Source: Eubacteriales bacterium (lineage in GTDB: Bacteria > Bacillota > Clostridia > Oscillospirales > CAG-272). Taken from it: a stretch of DNA of 64,000 nucleotides. The stretch covers positions 19,035 to 83,034 of the forward strand of contig JAZSPS010000003.1 of assembly GCA_045537595.1 (NCBI GenBank). The letters run 5' to 3'. This document shows, in pieces, positions 29,782 through 40,096 of the stretch. The number at the start of each line of letters is the position of its first letter. Within the stretch, counting starts at the first letter, position 1. A model generated the notes under the pieces. The model was given only the letters and a program-made list of their open reading frames with translations. It made no database searches and was not told the DNA's origin. The translations under genes and the position numbers were made by a program.

Positions 29782-30474
29782 TCAGCTAAGTAACTCAAAT
29801 TTATAGCCTACTCCCCATACGGTTTTGAGCATCCATTTGTCAGACACGCCCTCCAATTTTTCACGAAGGCGCTTTACATGAACATCCACGGTTCGGGAAT
29901 CGCCCAAGTAGTCAAAGCCCCACACCTTATCCAAAAGCTGATCCCGCGTGAACACCCGATTATAATTAGAGGCAAGGAAATACAACAGCTCCAACTCCTT
30001 CGGAGGAACATCCACGGGCTTGCCCTTCAGCTTTAATTCATACTTTTGGTGGCTGATCTCAATGTTATCGAATTTGATAACCTCCTCATCGTTTTGATTG
30101 GCGTGGGTCTGATAACGGCGAAGCACGCTCTTTACCCTTGCGCTCAACTCCTTCATATCAAAGGGCTTAACCACAAAATCATCCGCTCCGAGCTCCAATC
30201 CGAGAACCTTATCAAACACCTCTCCCTTTGCCGTGATCATGATAATGGGCTTGGAGGACATTTCCCGAATTTCCCGACACACCTGCCAGCCGTCCTTTTT
30301 GGGAAGCATAATATCGAGCAGAACAAGATCGGGCTCATAGATCTTAAAATGATTCAATCCTTCCACTCCGTCATTTGCCACCTTGACCCCATAGCCTTCA
30401 TTTTCAAAATAGAGCTTCAACAGCTCGCATATATTTGTGTCATCATCTACAATGAGAATTTTTGTATCCAGCAT
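29782..30474 (-). CDS. OmpR-family response regulator
   Basis: Receiver domain (ILIVDDD...DLVLLDIMLP...K) plus a winged-helix C-terminus (RTVDVHVKRLREKL...VWGVGYKF). Start at MLDTK with a GGAGGGG RBS. Confidence 0.9.
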   Translation of the reverse strand: MLDTKILIVDDDTNICELLKLYFENEGYGVKVANDGVEGLNHFKIYEPDLVLLDIMLPKKDGWQVCREIREMSSKPIIMITAKGEVFDKVLGLELGADDFVVKPFDMKELSARVKSVLRRYQTHANQNDEEVIKFDNIEISHQKYELKLKGKPVDVPPKELELLYFLASNYNRVFTRDQLLDKVWGFDYLGDSRTVDVHVKRLREKLEGVSDKWMLKTVWGVGYKFELLS

Positions 30475-30548
30475 TTTTACCCCTCCTTTTTTAATCAAGG
30501 ATTGCTTTGCTCCAAGATCATTTTCGGTAAATCCTTTACATCAGCTAC

Positions 30549-30577
30549 TATTATATCATACATTTTATTATTTTGCA
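30549..30577 (-). promoter_or_regulatory. promoter of the RR-HK-HtrA operon
   Basis: On the minus strand: TTGCAA (30577-30572), 17 nt, TATAAT (30554-30549). Confidence 0.6.
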
Positions 30578-30625
30578 AACATTTTTTAAAATTTTTTGGA
30601 ATTTTATAAAATCATCATTAAGATG

Positions 30626-30654
30626 TTGAACTTTTTGAGATCGTATGATATAAT
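30626..30654 (+). promoter_or_regulatory. promoter of ychF-trmB-...
   Basis: TTGAAC, 17 nt, TGa-TATAAT (30649-30654). Confidence 0.6.
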
Positions 30655-30768
30655 AAATGGTGAAATTTGAAAAAAGTTATATTTGGCGGAGCAATGGCGC
30701 AGCAACCAAAACGCCAAAACCGCTGAGGCCTCAAACAATACGGAAAAATTAAAGGAGAATAGATAAAT

Positions 30769-31863
30769 ATGAAACTTGGTATCGTTGGACTTCCCAATGT
30801 AGGAAAAAGCACTCTTTTTAACGCGCTTACCAATGCCGGTGCTGAATCGGGAAACTATCCCTTTTGCACCATTGAACCCAATGTAGGCGTGGTCGCCGTT
30901 CCCGACGCCCGTTTGGACTTTTTGGCGGATATGCACCACCCTGAAAAATATACCCCCGCCGTAATTGAATTTGTGGATATCGCCGGACTGGTCAAGGGTG
31001 CTTCCAAGGGAGAGGGCTTAGGAAACAAGTTCCTTTCCCATATCCGTGAGGTGGACGCCATCGTTCATGTGATCCGTTGCTTTGAGGATGAAAATATTAT
31101 CCACGTTGACGGAAACATTAACTCCCTTCGCGATCTGGAAACCATTAATTTGGAGCTGATCTTCTCGGATATTGAAATGGTGGAGCGAAGAATCGACCGC
31201 ACAAAAAAGGCGATGAAGGGAGACAAGACCCTTGCCGCTGAGCTCGCTGTTTTTGAAAAGCTTCATGCCGCTTTAAGCGAGGGCAAGTGTGCCCGTGAGC
31301 TTGAGCTGGACGAAAGCGAGCTTGCCTGTCTCTCCGACACCCCTCTGTTAACGATGAAGCCTGTTATCTATGTTGCCAATGTGAGCGAAAACGAGGTAGG
31401 AAGCGAGCCTGTAGGCAACCGAAATTATGACGCGCTCAAAGAGCAAGCTCAAAAGGAGCATGCTCAGATCATTGCGGTCTGCGCGCAGCTGGAGGCCGAG
31501 ATCGCTGAGCTGGAGGGCGAGGAAAAATCCATGTTCTTAGAGGATCTGGGAATTGAGGAAAGCGGTCTTGACCGTCTGATCAAGACAAGCTACGCACTCC
31601 TTGGTCTTATCAGCTATCTTACCGCCGGTCCCACCGAGGTCCGCGCATGGACCATTGTCAAAGGCACCAAGGCGCCTGCCGCCGCCGGAAAGATCCACAG
31701 TGACTTTGAGCGGGGCTTTATCCGTGCTGAGGTGGTCTCCTTTGACGATCTTCAACGTTTGGGCAGCATGAACGCGGTAAGGGAAGCCGGTCTTTACCGC
31801 AGCGAGGGTAAGGATTATGTGATGAAGGACGGCGACATTGTCCTCTTCCGATTCAACGTATAA
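30769..31863 (+). CDS. ychF: redox-regulated ATPase YchF
   Basis: [21 protein letters not shown], a TGS-like C-terminus, 364 aa. Confidence 0.95.
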   Translation: MKLGIVGLPNVGKSTLFNALTNAGAESGNYPFCTIEPNVGVVAVPDARLDFLADMHHPEKYTPAVIEFVDIAGLVKGASKGEGLGNKFLSHIREVDAIVHVIRCFEDENIIHVDGNINSLRDLETINLELIFSDIEMVERRIDRTKKAMKGDKTLAAELAVFEKLHAALSEGKCARELELDESELACLSDTPLLTMKPVIYVANVSENEVGSEPVGNRNYDALKEQAQKEHAQIIAVCAQLEAEIAELEGEEKSMFLEDLGIEESGLDRLIKTSYALLGLISYLTAGPTEVRAWTIVKGTKAPAAAGKIHSDFERGFIRAEVVSFDDLQRLGSMNAVREAGLYRSEGKDYVMKDGDIVLFRFNV

Positions 31864-31875
31864 AGGCGGTCCGCT

Positions 31876-32532
31876 ATGAGAATGAGAAAGAAAAAGCACG
31901 GCGCTGAGCGCATTGAGGCTTGTGCCGAGCTATTAATCCATGACATTACTGTACTTCAAGACGGTTTTGACGGTCTTTTTGATGCTGACCGTCCGATTCA
32001 TTTGGAAATAGGATGCGGAAAAGGCAATTTCGCCGTTGGCATGGCAAGCAAATATCCTGACGTGAATTTTATTGCCATGGAAAGGGTTTCGGATGTATGC
32101 TGTGTAGCGCTTGAAAAAGCTATGGCGGCAAAATCTGAGCGTATTAACGACAATTTACGCTTTATCATTGGCGATGCCAGGCTTCTTGATGAAAATGTCC
32201 TTCCCCACTCTCTTGACTGCATTTATTTGAATTTCAGCGATCCGTGGCCGAAATCCGGTCACGCCAAGCGTCGTTTGACCCATCGATCCTTTTTGGATAT
32301 TTACAAAAAGCTTTTAAAGGAGGATGGACTTCTTCGCTTTAAGACCGACAATGTTGGACTATTTGATTTCAGCTTAGAGGAATTTACCGAATACGGTGCT
32401 GAGATCATTTGGCAAACCCGTGATCTTCACGCATCGGAAAAGAATGCCGATAATGTAATGACCGAATACGAAAAGAACTTTTCTGAAAAAGGCTTTTCCA
32501 TATGTTCCGCGTGGGTAAAATTTCCAAAATAA
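31876..32532 (+). CDS. trmB: tRNA (guanine46-N7)-methyltransferase
   Basis: LEIGCGKGNF SAM motif and NFSDPWPK motif. Confidence 0.9.
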   Translation: MRMRKKKHGAERIEACAELLIHDITVLQDGFDGLFDADRPIHLEIGCGKGNFAVGMASKYPDVNFIAMERVSDVCCVALEKAMAAKSERINDNLRFIIGDARLLDENVLPHSLDCIYLNFSDPWPKSGHAKRRLTHRSFLDIYKKLLKEDGLLRFKTDNVGLFDFSLEEFTEYGAEIIWQTRDLHASEKNADNVMTEYEKNFSEKGFSICSAWVKFPK

Positions 32533-32551
32533 CCGAGAAAGGATACGGATC

Positions 32552-33127
32552 ATGCTAAAAGACCTTGTAAAGCAAAATCGAAGCAAGCGCAGCTTTGTTG
32601 CGAATGAAAAAATCTCACATGAGGTTCTTCTTGATTTATGCGACATTACCCGCTACTGCCCTGCCGCCATGAATCTTCAACCCTTAAAGTACCGTCTCGT
32701 CACCGAGGAGAATGAGCTGGCGAGAATGCTGCAAAACACCCGTTGGGCTTCTTCTCTCTCTCAGAAGCTTCCCCCCGAGGGACACGGTCCCGCTGCTTTT
32801 ATCGTTATTTGCCATGACACCGAGCTAACGCCCCAAAAGCCTATTTTTATGATCGATGTTGGCATTGCCGCCCAAACCATTATGTTATCTGCCGCCGAGC
32901 GTGGACTGGGGGGCTGTATCATTGGCTCTGCCGTGCCCGAAACGGTCTCGGAAATTCTCTCTCTTCCCTCTCATCTGGTTCCCGTGTTAATTCTTGGCTT
33001 AGGGATTCCCAATGAAACGGTAGTTCTTACCGAGGCGGTATCGGGCAACGTTCGTTACTACCGCGACGAGGAAAATATTCATTATGTTCCCAAGCGCCCC
33101 TTGGATGAAATTATAATCTCAAAATAA
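32552..33127 (+). CDS. nitroreductase-family protein
   Basis: 191 aa with RSKRSF, PAAMNLQP and a GGC-containing segment typical of the NADH oxidase/FMN reductase fold. Confidence 0.75.
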   Translation: MLKDLVKQNRSKRSFVANEKISHEVLLDLCDITRYCPAAMNLQPLKYRLVTEENELARMLQNTRWASSLSQKLPPEGHGPAAFIVICHDTELTPQKPIFMIDVGIAAQTIMLSAAERGLGGCIIGSAVPETVSEILSLPSHLVPVLILGLGIPNETVVLTEAVSGNVRYYRDEENIHYVPKRPLDEIIISK

Positions 33128-33180
33128 CTCAAAGAAAATGGATATCAATGCTTCAAAAAGATCGGAAAGGAGCGATCCCC

Positions 33181-34086
33181 ATGAGTGAGCCATCCGGCAT
33201 TTTAATTATCAACAAGCACATCGGAGTGACCTCCCATGATATTGTCGGAAGGATCCGACGTCTTTACAACACCCGACGTGTCGGTCACACGGGCACCCTG
33301 GATCCTATGGCATCCGGCGTTTTGGTCGTTCTTGTGGGACGCGCGGCGAAGGCTGCCGAATATCTGGTTGCCGATCAAAAAAAGTATCGCGCGCTTCTTC
33401 GCCTCGGTTTGACCACGGACACAGAGGATATTACGGGCACTGTTTTATCCCAAGCAGACCATCTTCCCTCAAAGGAAGAGGTTTTTACCGTCTGCGATTC
33501 TTTTGTGGGAGAGATTCTTCAAGTTCCTCCCATGTACAGCGCGTTGAAAATGGATGGTCAAAAGCTATGCGATCTTGCCCGCAAGGGAATTTCCGTAGAA
33601 CGACCCGCCCGTCCTGTCACCATCTACCATCTTCTCTGTGAAGCAACGGACTGCCCCGAAGAATATATTTTAGATGTTCACTGTTCGTCGGGCACTTATA
33701 TTCGGACTTTATGCGCGGACATTGGAAGTCAGCTTGAGTGCGGAGGCGTGATGGCTGCCTTAGAGCGCCGTTTTGCCGGCGGCTTTTCCATTGAGGATTC
33801 CTATTCCGTTTCCGAGCTGGAGGCAATGACACCGCAGGAGCGTTTTGGGTGTCTGATTCCCACAGAGCGGCTTTTTGATTCTCTTCCAAAGGTATGCTTG
33901 CCCGAATTTTTCGAGAGGCTTTGCCGCGGAGGCTGTGAGATCTACCAAAAAAAGCTCGGAATCTCGTATCCTGTGGGTCAACGTATTCGCCTTTGTTCTT
34001 CGGCAGGACATTTCTTCGCTTTGGGAGAGGTTCGGGAGTACCCCGATGGTTTTGCCATCAAGGCTTTGAAGCTTTTTGATATTTAG
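33181..34086 (+). CDS. truB: tRNA pseudouridine(55) synthase
   Basis: GHTGTLDPMASGVL catalytic motif. Start placed at MSEPSGIL (AAGGAG 8 nt upstream) rather than the track start 33148. Confidence 0.9.
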   Translation: MSEPSGILIINKHIGVTSHDIVGRIRRLYNTRRVGHTGTLDPMASGVLVVLVGRAAKAAEYLVADQKKYRALLRLGLTTDTEDITGTVLSQADHLPSKEEVFTVCDSFVGEILQVPPMYSALKMDGQKLCDLARKGISVERPARPVTIYHLLCEATDCPEEYILDVHCSSGTYIRTLCADIGSQLECGGVMAALERRFAGGFSIEDSYSVSELEAMTPQERFGCLIPTERLFDSLPKVCLPEFFERLCRGGCEIYQKKLGISYPVGQRIRLCSSAGHFFALGEVREYPDGFAIKALKLFDI

Positions 34087-34123
34087 CGAGAGCTGCTCTA
34101 AGGCAAGGTGCGCAACGAAGTTA

Positions 34124-34178
34124 AAAAAAGCACTTATGATAACGAACCATTCGTTTTTCATAAGTGCTTATTATTTTA
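34124..34178. terminator. bidirectional terminator between truB and pgsA
   Basis: AAGCACTTATGA-n18-TCATAAGTGCTT with an A7 run upstream and a T-rich run downstream. Confidence 0.7.
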
Positions 34179-34218
34179 GCCTTCGATTGCTCAACAGCAA
34201 TCTTTTTCTTGCTTTTTC

Positions 34219-34848
34219 TTATTTCTCGGGATCTAAATATTTCCAATAGGCTTGAATATAATTGATTCCCGACCAAACGGTCATAAAAATGCAGAAGGCG
34301 AGGGAGAGCCACGTCAACGGAACGATATCGGTTCGCCAGATCAGATTTTTCCCTGTAACTGTCTCCGCGATCCATCGGGTGATCAGCTGTACCACCGGCT
34401 CTAAGAACACCGTTGAGATCGCTACGATCTGGGATACGGTTTTGATCTTTCCCAACATATTTGCCGCGACCACGATATTACTTCCCGTGGAGACCACCAG
34501 ACGCATGGAGGTTACCGCCAGCTCACGGAATACCACCACAAGCAAAACAAAGATCATGATGGTTCTCAGGTGAGCAAACTTATAGAGGATAACAAACATT
34601 GCTCCGATGACCATAAATTTATCGGCAATGGGGTCCATAAATTTTCCAAAATCCGTTATCAGGTTACGGCTTCTCGCGATCTTTCCGTCCAGCATGTCGG
34701 TAATTGCCGTGCCGATAAACAGAACCGCGCAGATCAAGCAAGACAGGTAATGAGGGATCACCTCATTAGGAAGCATGCCGACGATCAGCAGCACAGGCAC
34801 CAAGCACAGGCGCAACAATGTCAGTTTGTTAGGTAAATTCATTTTCAT
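34219..34848 (-). CDS. pgsA: CDP-diacylglycerol--glycerol-3-phosphate 3-phosphatidyltransferase
   Basis: LPNKLTLLRL and the CDP-alcohol phosphotransferase motif DMLDGKIARSRNLITDFGKFMDPIADK. Confidence 0.9.
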   Translation of the reverse strand: MKMNLPNKLTLLRLCLVPVLLIVGMLPNEVIPHYLSCLICAVLFIGTAITDMLDGKIARSRNLITDFGKFMDPIADKFMVIGAMFVILYKFAHLRTIMIFVLLVVVFRELAVTSMRLVVSTGSNIVVAANMLGKIKTVSQIVAISTVFLEPVVQLITRWIAETVTGKNLIWRTDIVPLTWLSLAFCIFMTVWSGINYIQAYWKYLDPEK

Positions 34849-34862
34849 AACAGATTTTCTCC

Positions 34863-36215
34863 TTATGTATTTGCGTTGAGAATAGCTCTTCCCATCAGAT
34901 CATAATCCAATACCTCTCGGATCTTTACCTGAACAAAGGAGCCGGGGGCAACTCTTGTATCCGCTCGGAAATACACCTTCCCGTCAATCTCCGGCGCGTC
35001 TTCCGCGCTTCTTCCAAAATGCATTTCGCTGACAGGATCGTAATCCTCGCACAGCACCGTCACTATTTTCCCGATTTTCGTTTGATTTCTTGCCTCATTG
35101 ATATCCAGCTGTTCTCTCATGAGGATATCCATTCTGTCCTGTTTCAGCTGCTCCTCAATCTGATCGGGGAAATCATAGGCTGCCGTATCCTCCTCTCGGG
35201 AATAGGGAAACACCCCTGCCCGTTCGAATTTGGTTTCCTTTACAAACTCGCACAGCTCATTGAAATCCTCCTCGCTCTCTCCCGGGAAGCCCACGATAAA
35301 GGTCGTACGGATAACGATTTCGGGGATCTCCCGACGAAGCTTGGCAATCACGTCCTTTACCATGGCGCTGTCTCCGTGGCGGTTCATTGCCTGCAGCATC
35401 CGATCGCTGATATGCTGGATCGGAAGGTCGATATACTTTACGATTCTGGGATTATCTCGGATTTCGGCTACCAATTCATCGGTAATTTTATCGGGATAGC
35501 AATACAGCAAGCGAATCCACGGTATTTCGGTTGCTTCGGTGATTTTACGCAGCAATTCCGCCAAGCGGTATTCGCCGTACAGATCCAAGCCGTAGCGAGT
35601 GATATCCTGCGCTACGATATTCAGCTCCTTCACGCCCAGCGCCTCCATCTGCTTGGCCTCCTCCACCAGCTCCTCCATGGGACGGCTTCGGAATTTGCCT
35701 CGGATAGAGGGGATGGCACAGTACGCGCAACGGTTATCGCATCCCTCCGCGATCTTCAGATATGCGGTATACTCGGGCGTTGTTAAGATCCGATCTCCTC
35801 CCAACCGAACGGTTTCTTTATCATCAAAGGAAGTATATTTGCGTTTCGAGCCCTTCTTTTTCTTTATGGTAACCGCCTCAATGGCTTCCACGATATGGTG
35901 AATACTTCCCACACCGAGAACCGCGTCTACCTCGGGCATTTCCTCCAAAATTCCCTCGCGGTAGCGCTCCGCAAGACATCCTGTCACGATGATCGCCTTC
36001 AAGCTACGGTGTTTTTTAAGCCAGGCTATATCCAATATATTCTCGATCGATTCCTTTTTAGCACTTTCTATGAACCCACAGGTATTAATAATTACAACAT
36101 CCGCTTCGGTTTCCTCGGGAGTGATCTCATATCCCGCCACGGCAACCTCATGAAGCATCACCTCGGTATCCAACTGATTTTTAGGACAGCCGAGAGAAAC
36201 AAATCCAACCTTCAC
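34863..36215 (-). CDS. rimO: ribosomal protein S12 methylthiotransferase RimO
   Basis: N-terminal SLGCPKNQLDTE, radical-SAM CDNRCAYC, and a TRAM C-terminus. Confidence 0.9.
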   Translation of the reverse strand: MKVGFVSLGCPKNQLDTEVMLHEVAVAGYEITPEETEADVVIINTCGFIESAKKESIENILDIAWLKKHRSLKAIIVTGCLAERYREGILEEMPEVDAVLGVGSIHHIVEAIEAVTIKKKKGSKRKYTSFDDKETVRLGGDRILTTPEYTAYLKIAEGCDNRCAYCAIPSIRGKFRSRPMEELVEEAKQMEALGVKELNIVAQDITRYGLDLYGEYRLAELLRKITEATEIPWIRLLYCYPDKITDELVAEIRDNPRIVKYIDLPIQHISDRMLQAMNRHGDSAMVKDVIAKLRREIPEIVIRTTFIVGFPGESEEDFNELCEFVKETKFERAGVFPYSREEDTAAYDFPDQIEEQLKQDRMDILMREQLDINEARNQTKIGKIVTVLCEDYDPVSEMHFGRSAEDAPEIDGKVYFRADTRVAPGSFVQVKIREVLDYDLMGRAILNANT

Positions 36216-36392
36216 GCCTTCTACTCCTTTTTTGTTTTTGGATCATCCCGATCATTTTGATCCTTATGATCCTATTCTTTTTTCTTCTTTATTCTTTTAA
36301 ATCATACCATATTCGAGCGTTTCTGTCAACAAAATTCCTTTGGAACCGGCACCAGATTTTTGATTTTTTCGAAGAATCAATCCCTATTCTTA

Positions 36393-37091
36393 TCAAGCCT
36401 TATCAAACAGCAAGGGAAGCTCCTGTGCCCGCTCCAAAATACAGTGCGCGCCTGTACGGATCAGCAATTCCCTGTCACGGTATCCCCAAGCGCATCCCAC
36501 GGCGTACATCCCCGCGTTCAGCGCGGTTTTTACATCCACCTCGCTGTCTCCCACAAAGGCGGTCTCCTCCGCTGAAAAGCCAAGCTTTTTCGCGATCATC
36601 AAGGGAACGGTGGGATCGGGCTTTTTGGGTAGATCGGTTTGACCCGCCGCGCAAGCTATAAGCTCCTCGGGCAAAAGGGCTTTTACCAAGGCTTTTACAT
36701 ACACGTCCTGTTTATTGGAGAGCACCGCTATGGTATATCCTTTTTTCTTCATTGCCCGAAGGCTTTCTATCATACCGTCATAGCAATGATCGCAATTTAT
36801 ATATGTCTGTCCGTAAAATTCATGATAATCCGCCAAAGCTCGGTCTATAAGCTTCTCATCCCTTGCGGCACCGTCGGGTAAGGAGTGACGGATCAGCTCC
36901 CTCGCCCCATTTCCGATTGCCAATCGGATCTCCTCATAGCTTCTCTCGGGCATATTGTATTTTTTCATCGTTAAATTGACCCCATCGCGAATAGATCCAA
37001 TGGTATCAGCTATGGTTCCGTCCAGATCCAGAATCACCAGCTTGACATGGTCTATGTGTTTTTCCGTATAGAACGGATCTGTAATCTGCAT
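36393..37091 (-). CDS. HAD-family phosphatase (phosphoglycolate phosphatase-like)
   Basis: Motif I LDLDGTIADT, motif II SNK, motif IV GDSEVD. Confidence 0.8.
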   Translation of the reverse strand: MQITDPFYTEKHIDHVKLVILDLDGTIADTIGSIRDGVNLTMKKYNMPERSYEEIRLAIGNGARELIRHSLPDGAARDEKLIDRALADYHEFYGQTYINCDHCYDGMIESLRAMKKKGYTIAVLSNKQDVYVKALVKALLPEELIACAAGQTDLPKKPDPTVPLMIAKKLGFSAEETAFVGDSEVDVKTALNAGMYAVGCAWGYRDRELLIRTGAHCILERAQELPLLFDKA

Positions 37092-37373
37092 TGAGCTTTT
37101 CCTGCCTCTGCTCTCTTTTTTAGTTTTTCTTTTTTATATTTTACCACATTTCTTGATTTCTGTCAATGGATACGGAGGTTAGGGCTCCGCAAAAAAGCTT
37201 TTTCTTCGCTATTTTACGCTTTTTTATGCAAATTTGCACAACAACTCTTTTATATATGCGCAAAAAATCGTCGTTTCTTATCTTTATTCTATGAAAAAAA
37301 TATGATATAATTATGAATTGGAGAAAAATATAATCGTATTTGGTTAAAATGAAGGATAAGGAGAATCAAAGCT

Positions 37374-39209
37374 GTGATCAGAACCGATTTGAGAAATATT
37401 GCCATTATCGCCCACGTTGACCATGGAAAAACCACCCTGGTGGATGAAATGCTCAAGCAGGGCGGTATTTACCGTGAAAATCAAGAAACCGTAACCCGTG
37501 TTATGGACTCCGGCGATCTGGAGCGTGAAAGAGGAATTACCATTCTCGCAAAAAACACCGCTGTTCATTATGAGGATGTAAAAATCAATATTATCGACAC
37601 CCCCGGACACGCGGATTTCGGCGGTGAGGTAGAACGCATTTTGAAAATGGTAAACGGTGTTCTTCTTCTGGTAGATGCCGCGGAGGGTCCCATGCCTCAA
37701 ACCCGTTTTGTTTTGCAGCGTGCCTTGGAGCTGAATCACAGAGTCATTATCGTTATTAACAAGATTGACAAGCCCGATGCCCGTATTGGCGCTGTTGAGG
37801 ATGAGATCTTAGAGCTTTTGATCGATCTCAACGCTTCCGACGAGCAGCTGGACAGCCCCATGATCTACTGCTCGGGCAGAGCCGGCACCGCCACCGAGAA
37901 TCCCGATGTGGAAGGTACCGATCTGAAGCCTCTCTTTGACAAGATCTTGAGCTACATGCCCGCTCCCTCGGGTGACGAGGAGGGTGAGCTTCAGCTTTTA
38001 GTCTCCTCCATCGATTACAGCGAATATGTGGGAAGAATCGGTATTGGCAGAATCGAGCGCGGATCGATTCGCACCAATCAAGATGTATATATTTGCAACT
38101 ACCACGCCAACACCGCGCCAAAGCGAACAAGAATCGTTTCTATGTATCAGATTGACGGCTTGAACCGTGTCCCTGTGGAAACCGCCAATGTTGGGGACAT
38201 TATCTGCTTCTCCGGTGCCGAAAACATTACCATTGGTGACACAATTACCTCCCTCAATGCCCCTGAGCCCTTAGAATTTGTGAAGGTAAGCGAGCCTACG
38301 CTGGAGATGACCTTCTCGGTTAACGACAGTCCCTTCGCCGGAAAAGAGGGAAAATTTGTGACCTCCCGTCAGCTCCGCGACCGTTTATACAAGGAGCTTT
38401 TGAAGGATGTTTCTCTTCGTGTGGAGGACGGTGAGACCACAGATGAGTTTAAGGTTGCCGGCCGCGGTGAAATGCATCTTTCCATTTTGATCGAGACCAT
38501 GCGCCGTGAGGGATATGAAATGACCTGCTCCAACCCCCGTGTCCTCTTCAAGGTGATCGACGGTGTTAAGTGTGAGCCTATGGAGCATGTGACCTTGGAT
38601 GTTCCCTCCGAATATGTAGGCGCTGTGGTGGAAAAGCTGGGACAGCGCAAGGGAGATCTGTTGGAAATGAATCCTATTGGAGCCCGCATGCGTATTGAAT
38701 ATTCCATTCCCTCCCGTTGTTTATTCGGTTACCGCTCCGAATTTTTGACCGCCACCCGCGGCGAAGGCATTATGAATACCTTATTTGACGGATATCAGCC
38801 CTACCGCGGCGAGGTAATCATGCGCTTTACCGGCTCTTTGGTTGCTTCTGAGACCGGTGAGACCACCCGTTACGGTCTGTACAACACTCAGGAAAGAGGC
38901 AATCTTTTTGTCGGTCCTCAGACCCCTGTTTACGAGGGTATGATCGTAGGCGAGAATCCCAAAAACGATGATATTGCCGTTAACCCTTGCAAGAAAAAGC
39001 AGCTGACCGCCATTCGCTCCGCCGGCGCGGATGAAAAGCTTTTGCTGACACCTCCTGTTATCTTTAGCTTAGAGGAAGCCATTGAGTTTATTACCGATGA
39101 TGAGCTGATCGAGGTAACTCCCAAATCGATCCGCTTACGCAAAAAGATCCTGAACACCGAGCTTCGCATGAAGGCAATGATGAAGGCAAGACGGGAAGCC
39201 GCAAAATAA
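37374..39209 (+). CDS. typA: translational GTPase TypA/BipA
   Basis: GTG start. [29 protein letters not shown]. 611 aa. Confidence 0.95.
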   Translation: MIRTDLRNIAIIAHVDHGKTTLVDEMLKQGGIYRENQETVTRVMDSGDLERERGITILAKNTAVHYEDVKINIIDTPGHADFGGEVERILKMVNGVLLLVDAAEGPMPQTRFVLQRALELNHRVIIVINKIDKPDARIGAVEDEILELLIDLNASDEQLDSPMIYCSGRAGTATENPDVEGTDLKPLFDKILSYMPAPSGDEEGELQLLVSSIDYSEYVGRIGIGRIERGSIRTNQDVYICNYHANTAPKRTRIVSMYQIDGLNRVPVETANVGDIICFSGAENITIGDTITSLNAPEPLEFVKVSEPTLEMTFSVNDSPFAGKEGKFVTSRQLRDRLYKELLKDVSLRVEDGETTDEFKVAGRGEMHLSILIETMRREGYEMTCSNPRVLFKVIDGVKCEPMEHVTLDVPSEYVGAVVEKLGQRKGDLLEMNPIGARMRIEYSIPSRCLFGYRSEFLTATRGEGIMNTLFDGYQPYRGEVIMRFTGSLVASETGETTRYGLYNTQERGNLFVGPQTPVYEGMIVGENPKNDDIAVNPCKKKQLTAIRSAGADEKLLLTPPVIFSLEEAIEFITDDELIEVTPKSIRLRKKILNTELRMKAMMKARREAAK

Positions 39210-39223
39210 CATTTACCAAAGCA

Positions 39224-39263
39224 GCGTATCCGTGAGAATTTTTCTCACGGATACGCCTTTTTG
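39224..39263 (+). terminator. intrinsic terminator after typA
   Basis: GCGTATCCGTGAGA-n6-TCTCACGGATACGC followed by CTTTTTGTTT. It abuts the stop of the convergent 269-aa gene. Confidence 0.8.
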
Positions 39264-39264
39264 T

Positions 39265-40074
39265 TTAATATGATATTCGGGAGCTATTGTTGGATCTATC
39301 GTTTCTCTGTATTGCCTCCAAGAATCCGTTCGCGGTATACACCGTATACCCAAACAGCTTCGCTCCGGTTCCCGTGGCTACCATAGAGCCGTCCTTATCC
39401 TTATATTTCATTTCACGTCCCACGGGGTTGACCAGAATTGCATATTCGACCCTTCGGCTTGAGGAATCATTTTTCGGAGGCTCCGGCAAGGGAAAGACCT
39501 TGAATTTTGGTTGGAGATCCAAAATCAGCGTAAACCGATTTTCCAAGGGGTACTGAACCAAGGTAATATGATCCTTATCCTCAAAATTCAGCGATGACCG
39601 ATATTTTTTTACAGTGAGATACCGAACATGATACCGACATTGCTTTGTGTCCAGCACAAAATCCTCCTGCCCCTCTGACCATGAAAAGGACGCGAAAAAG
39701 CTCCTTTTGGTTTGCAAGCGGTAATGGTTCCTTTTTACGATTTTTTTTAGATTTCCGCAAAATTTTCTTCTCTTTCGAAAATTTTTTGTAGCCTTCATCA
39801 TCACAAAGCCGCCTAAAAAGACCGTTACAACAATTTTGATCCATGCCTCGGGAAAGAACAGATAAAACGCGATCACGCTGACCAGGGCAATGCAAGACAG
39901 CATCCCTAAAAATCCGAATGCCAAGATCCTTCCAAGTGTCAGATTTATTTTTTCCAGCACCGGACGTACTTTTTTCTTTACGCCGTAAGTACGGTACAGG
40001 GGCATTTCCTCTTCCCTGTTCTCTTTCTCCGCTTCTTTGGCTCTATGAATTATTTCCTTCTCGCGAATGCCCAT
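39265..40074 (-). CDS. hypothetical 2-TM membrane protein with an unassigned ~170-aa C-terminal domain
   Basis: GGAGG 5 nt upstream of the ATG, and only 22 nt after the GH78 stop. Two hydrophobic helices (ILAFGFLGMLSCIALVSVIAFYLFF; IKIVVTVFLGGFVMM). I recognise no family. Confidence 0.6.
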   Translation of the reverse strand: MGIREKEIIHRAKEAEKENREEEMPLYRTYGVKKKVRPVLEKINLTLGRILAFGFLGMLSCIALVSVIAFYLFFPEAWIKIVVTVFLGGFVMMKATKNFRKRRKFCGNLKKIVKRNHYRLQTKRSFFASFSWSEGQEDFVLDTKQCRYHVRYLTVKKYRSSLNFEDKDHITLVQYPLENRFTLILDLQPKFKVFPLPEPPKNDSSSRRVEYAILVNPVGREMKYKDKDGSMVATGTGAKLFGYTVYTANGFLEAIQRNDRSNNSSRISY

Positions 40075-40096
40075 ATGATCCTCCTATACCGTGTCA

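Noticed and set aside
30655-30768. Short nested stems (GCGG..GGCG..CGCC..CCGC) in the ~110-nt ychF leader, considered as a possible riboswitch.
   Set aside because: The stems are only 4 bp long. I could recognise no conserved motif of a known RNA family, so there is too little evidence to call a feature.
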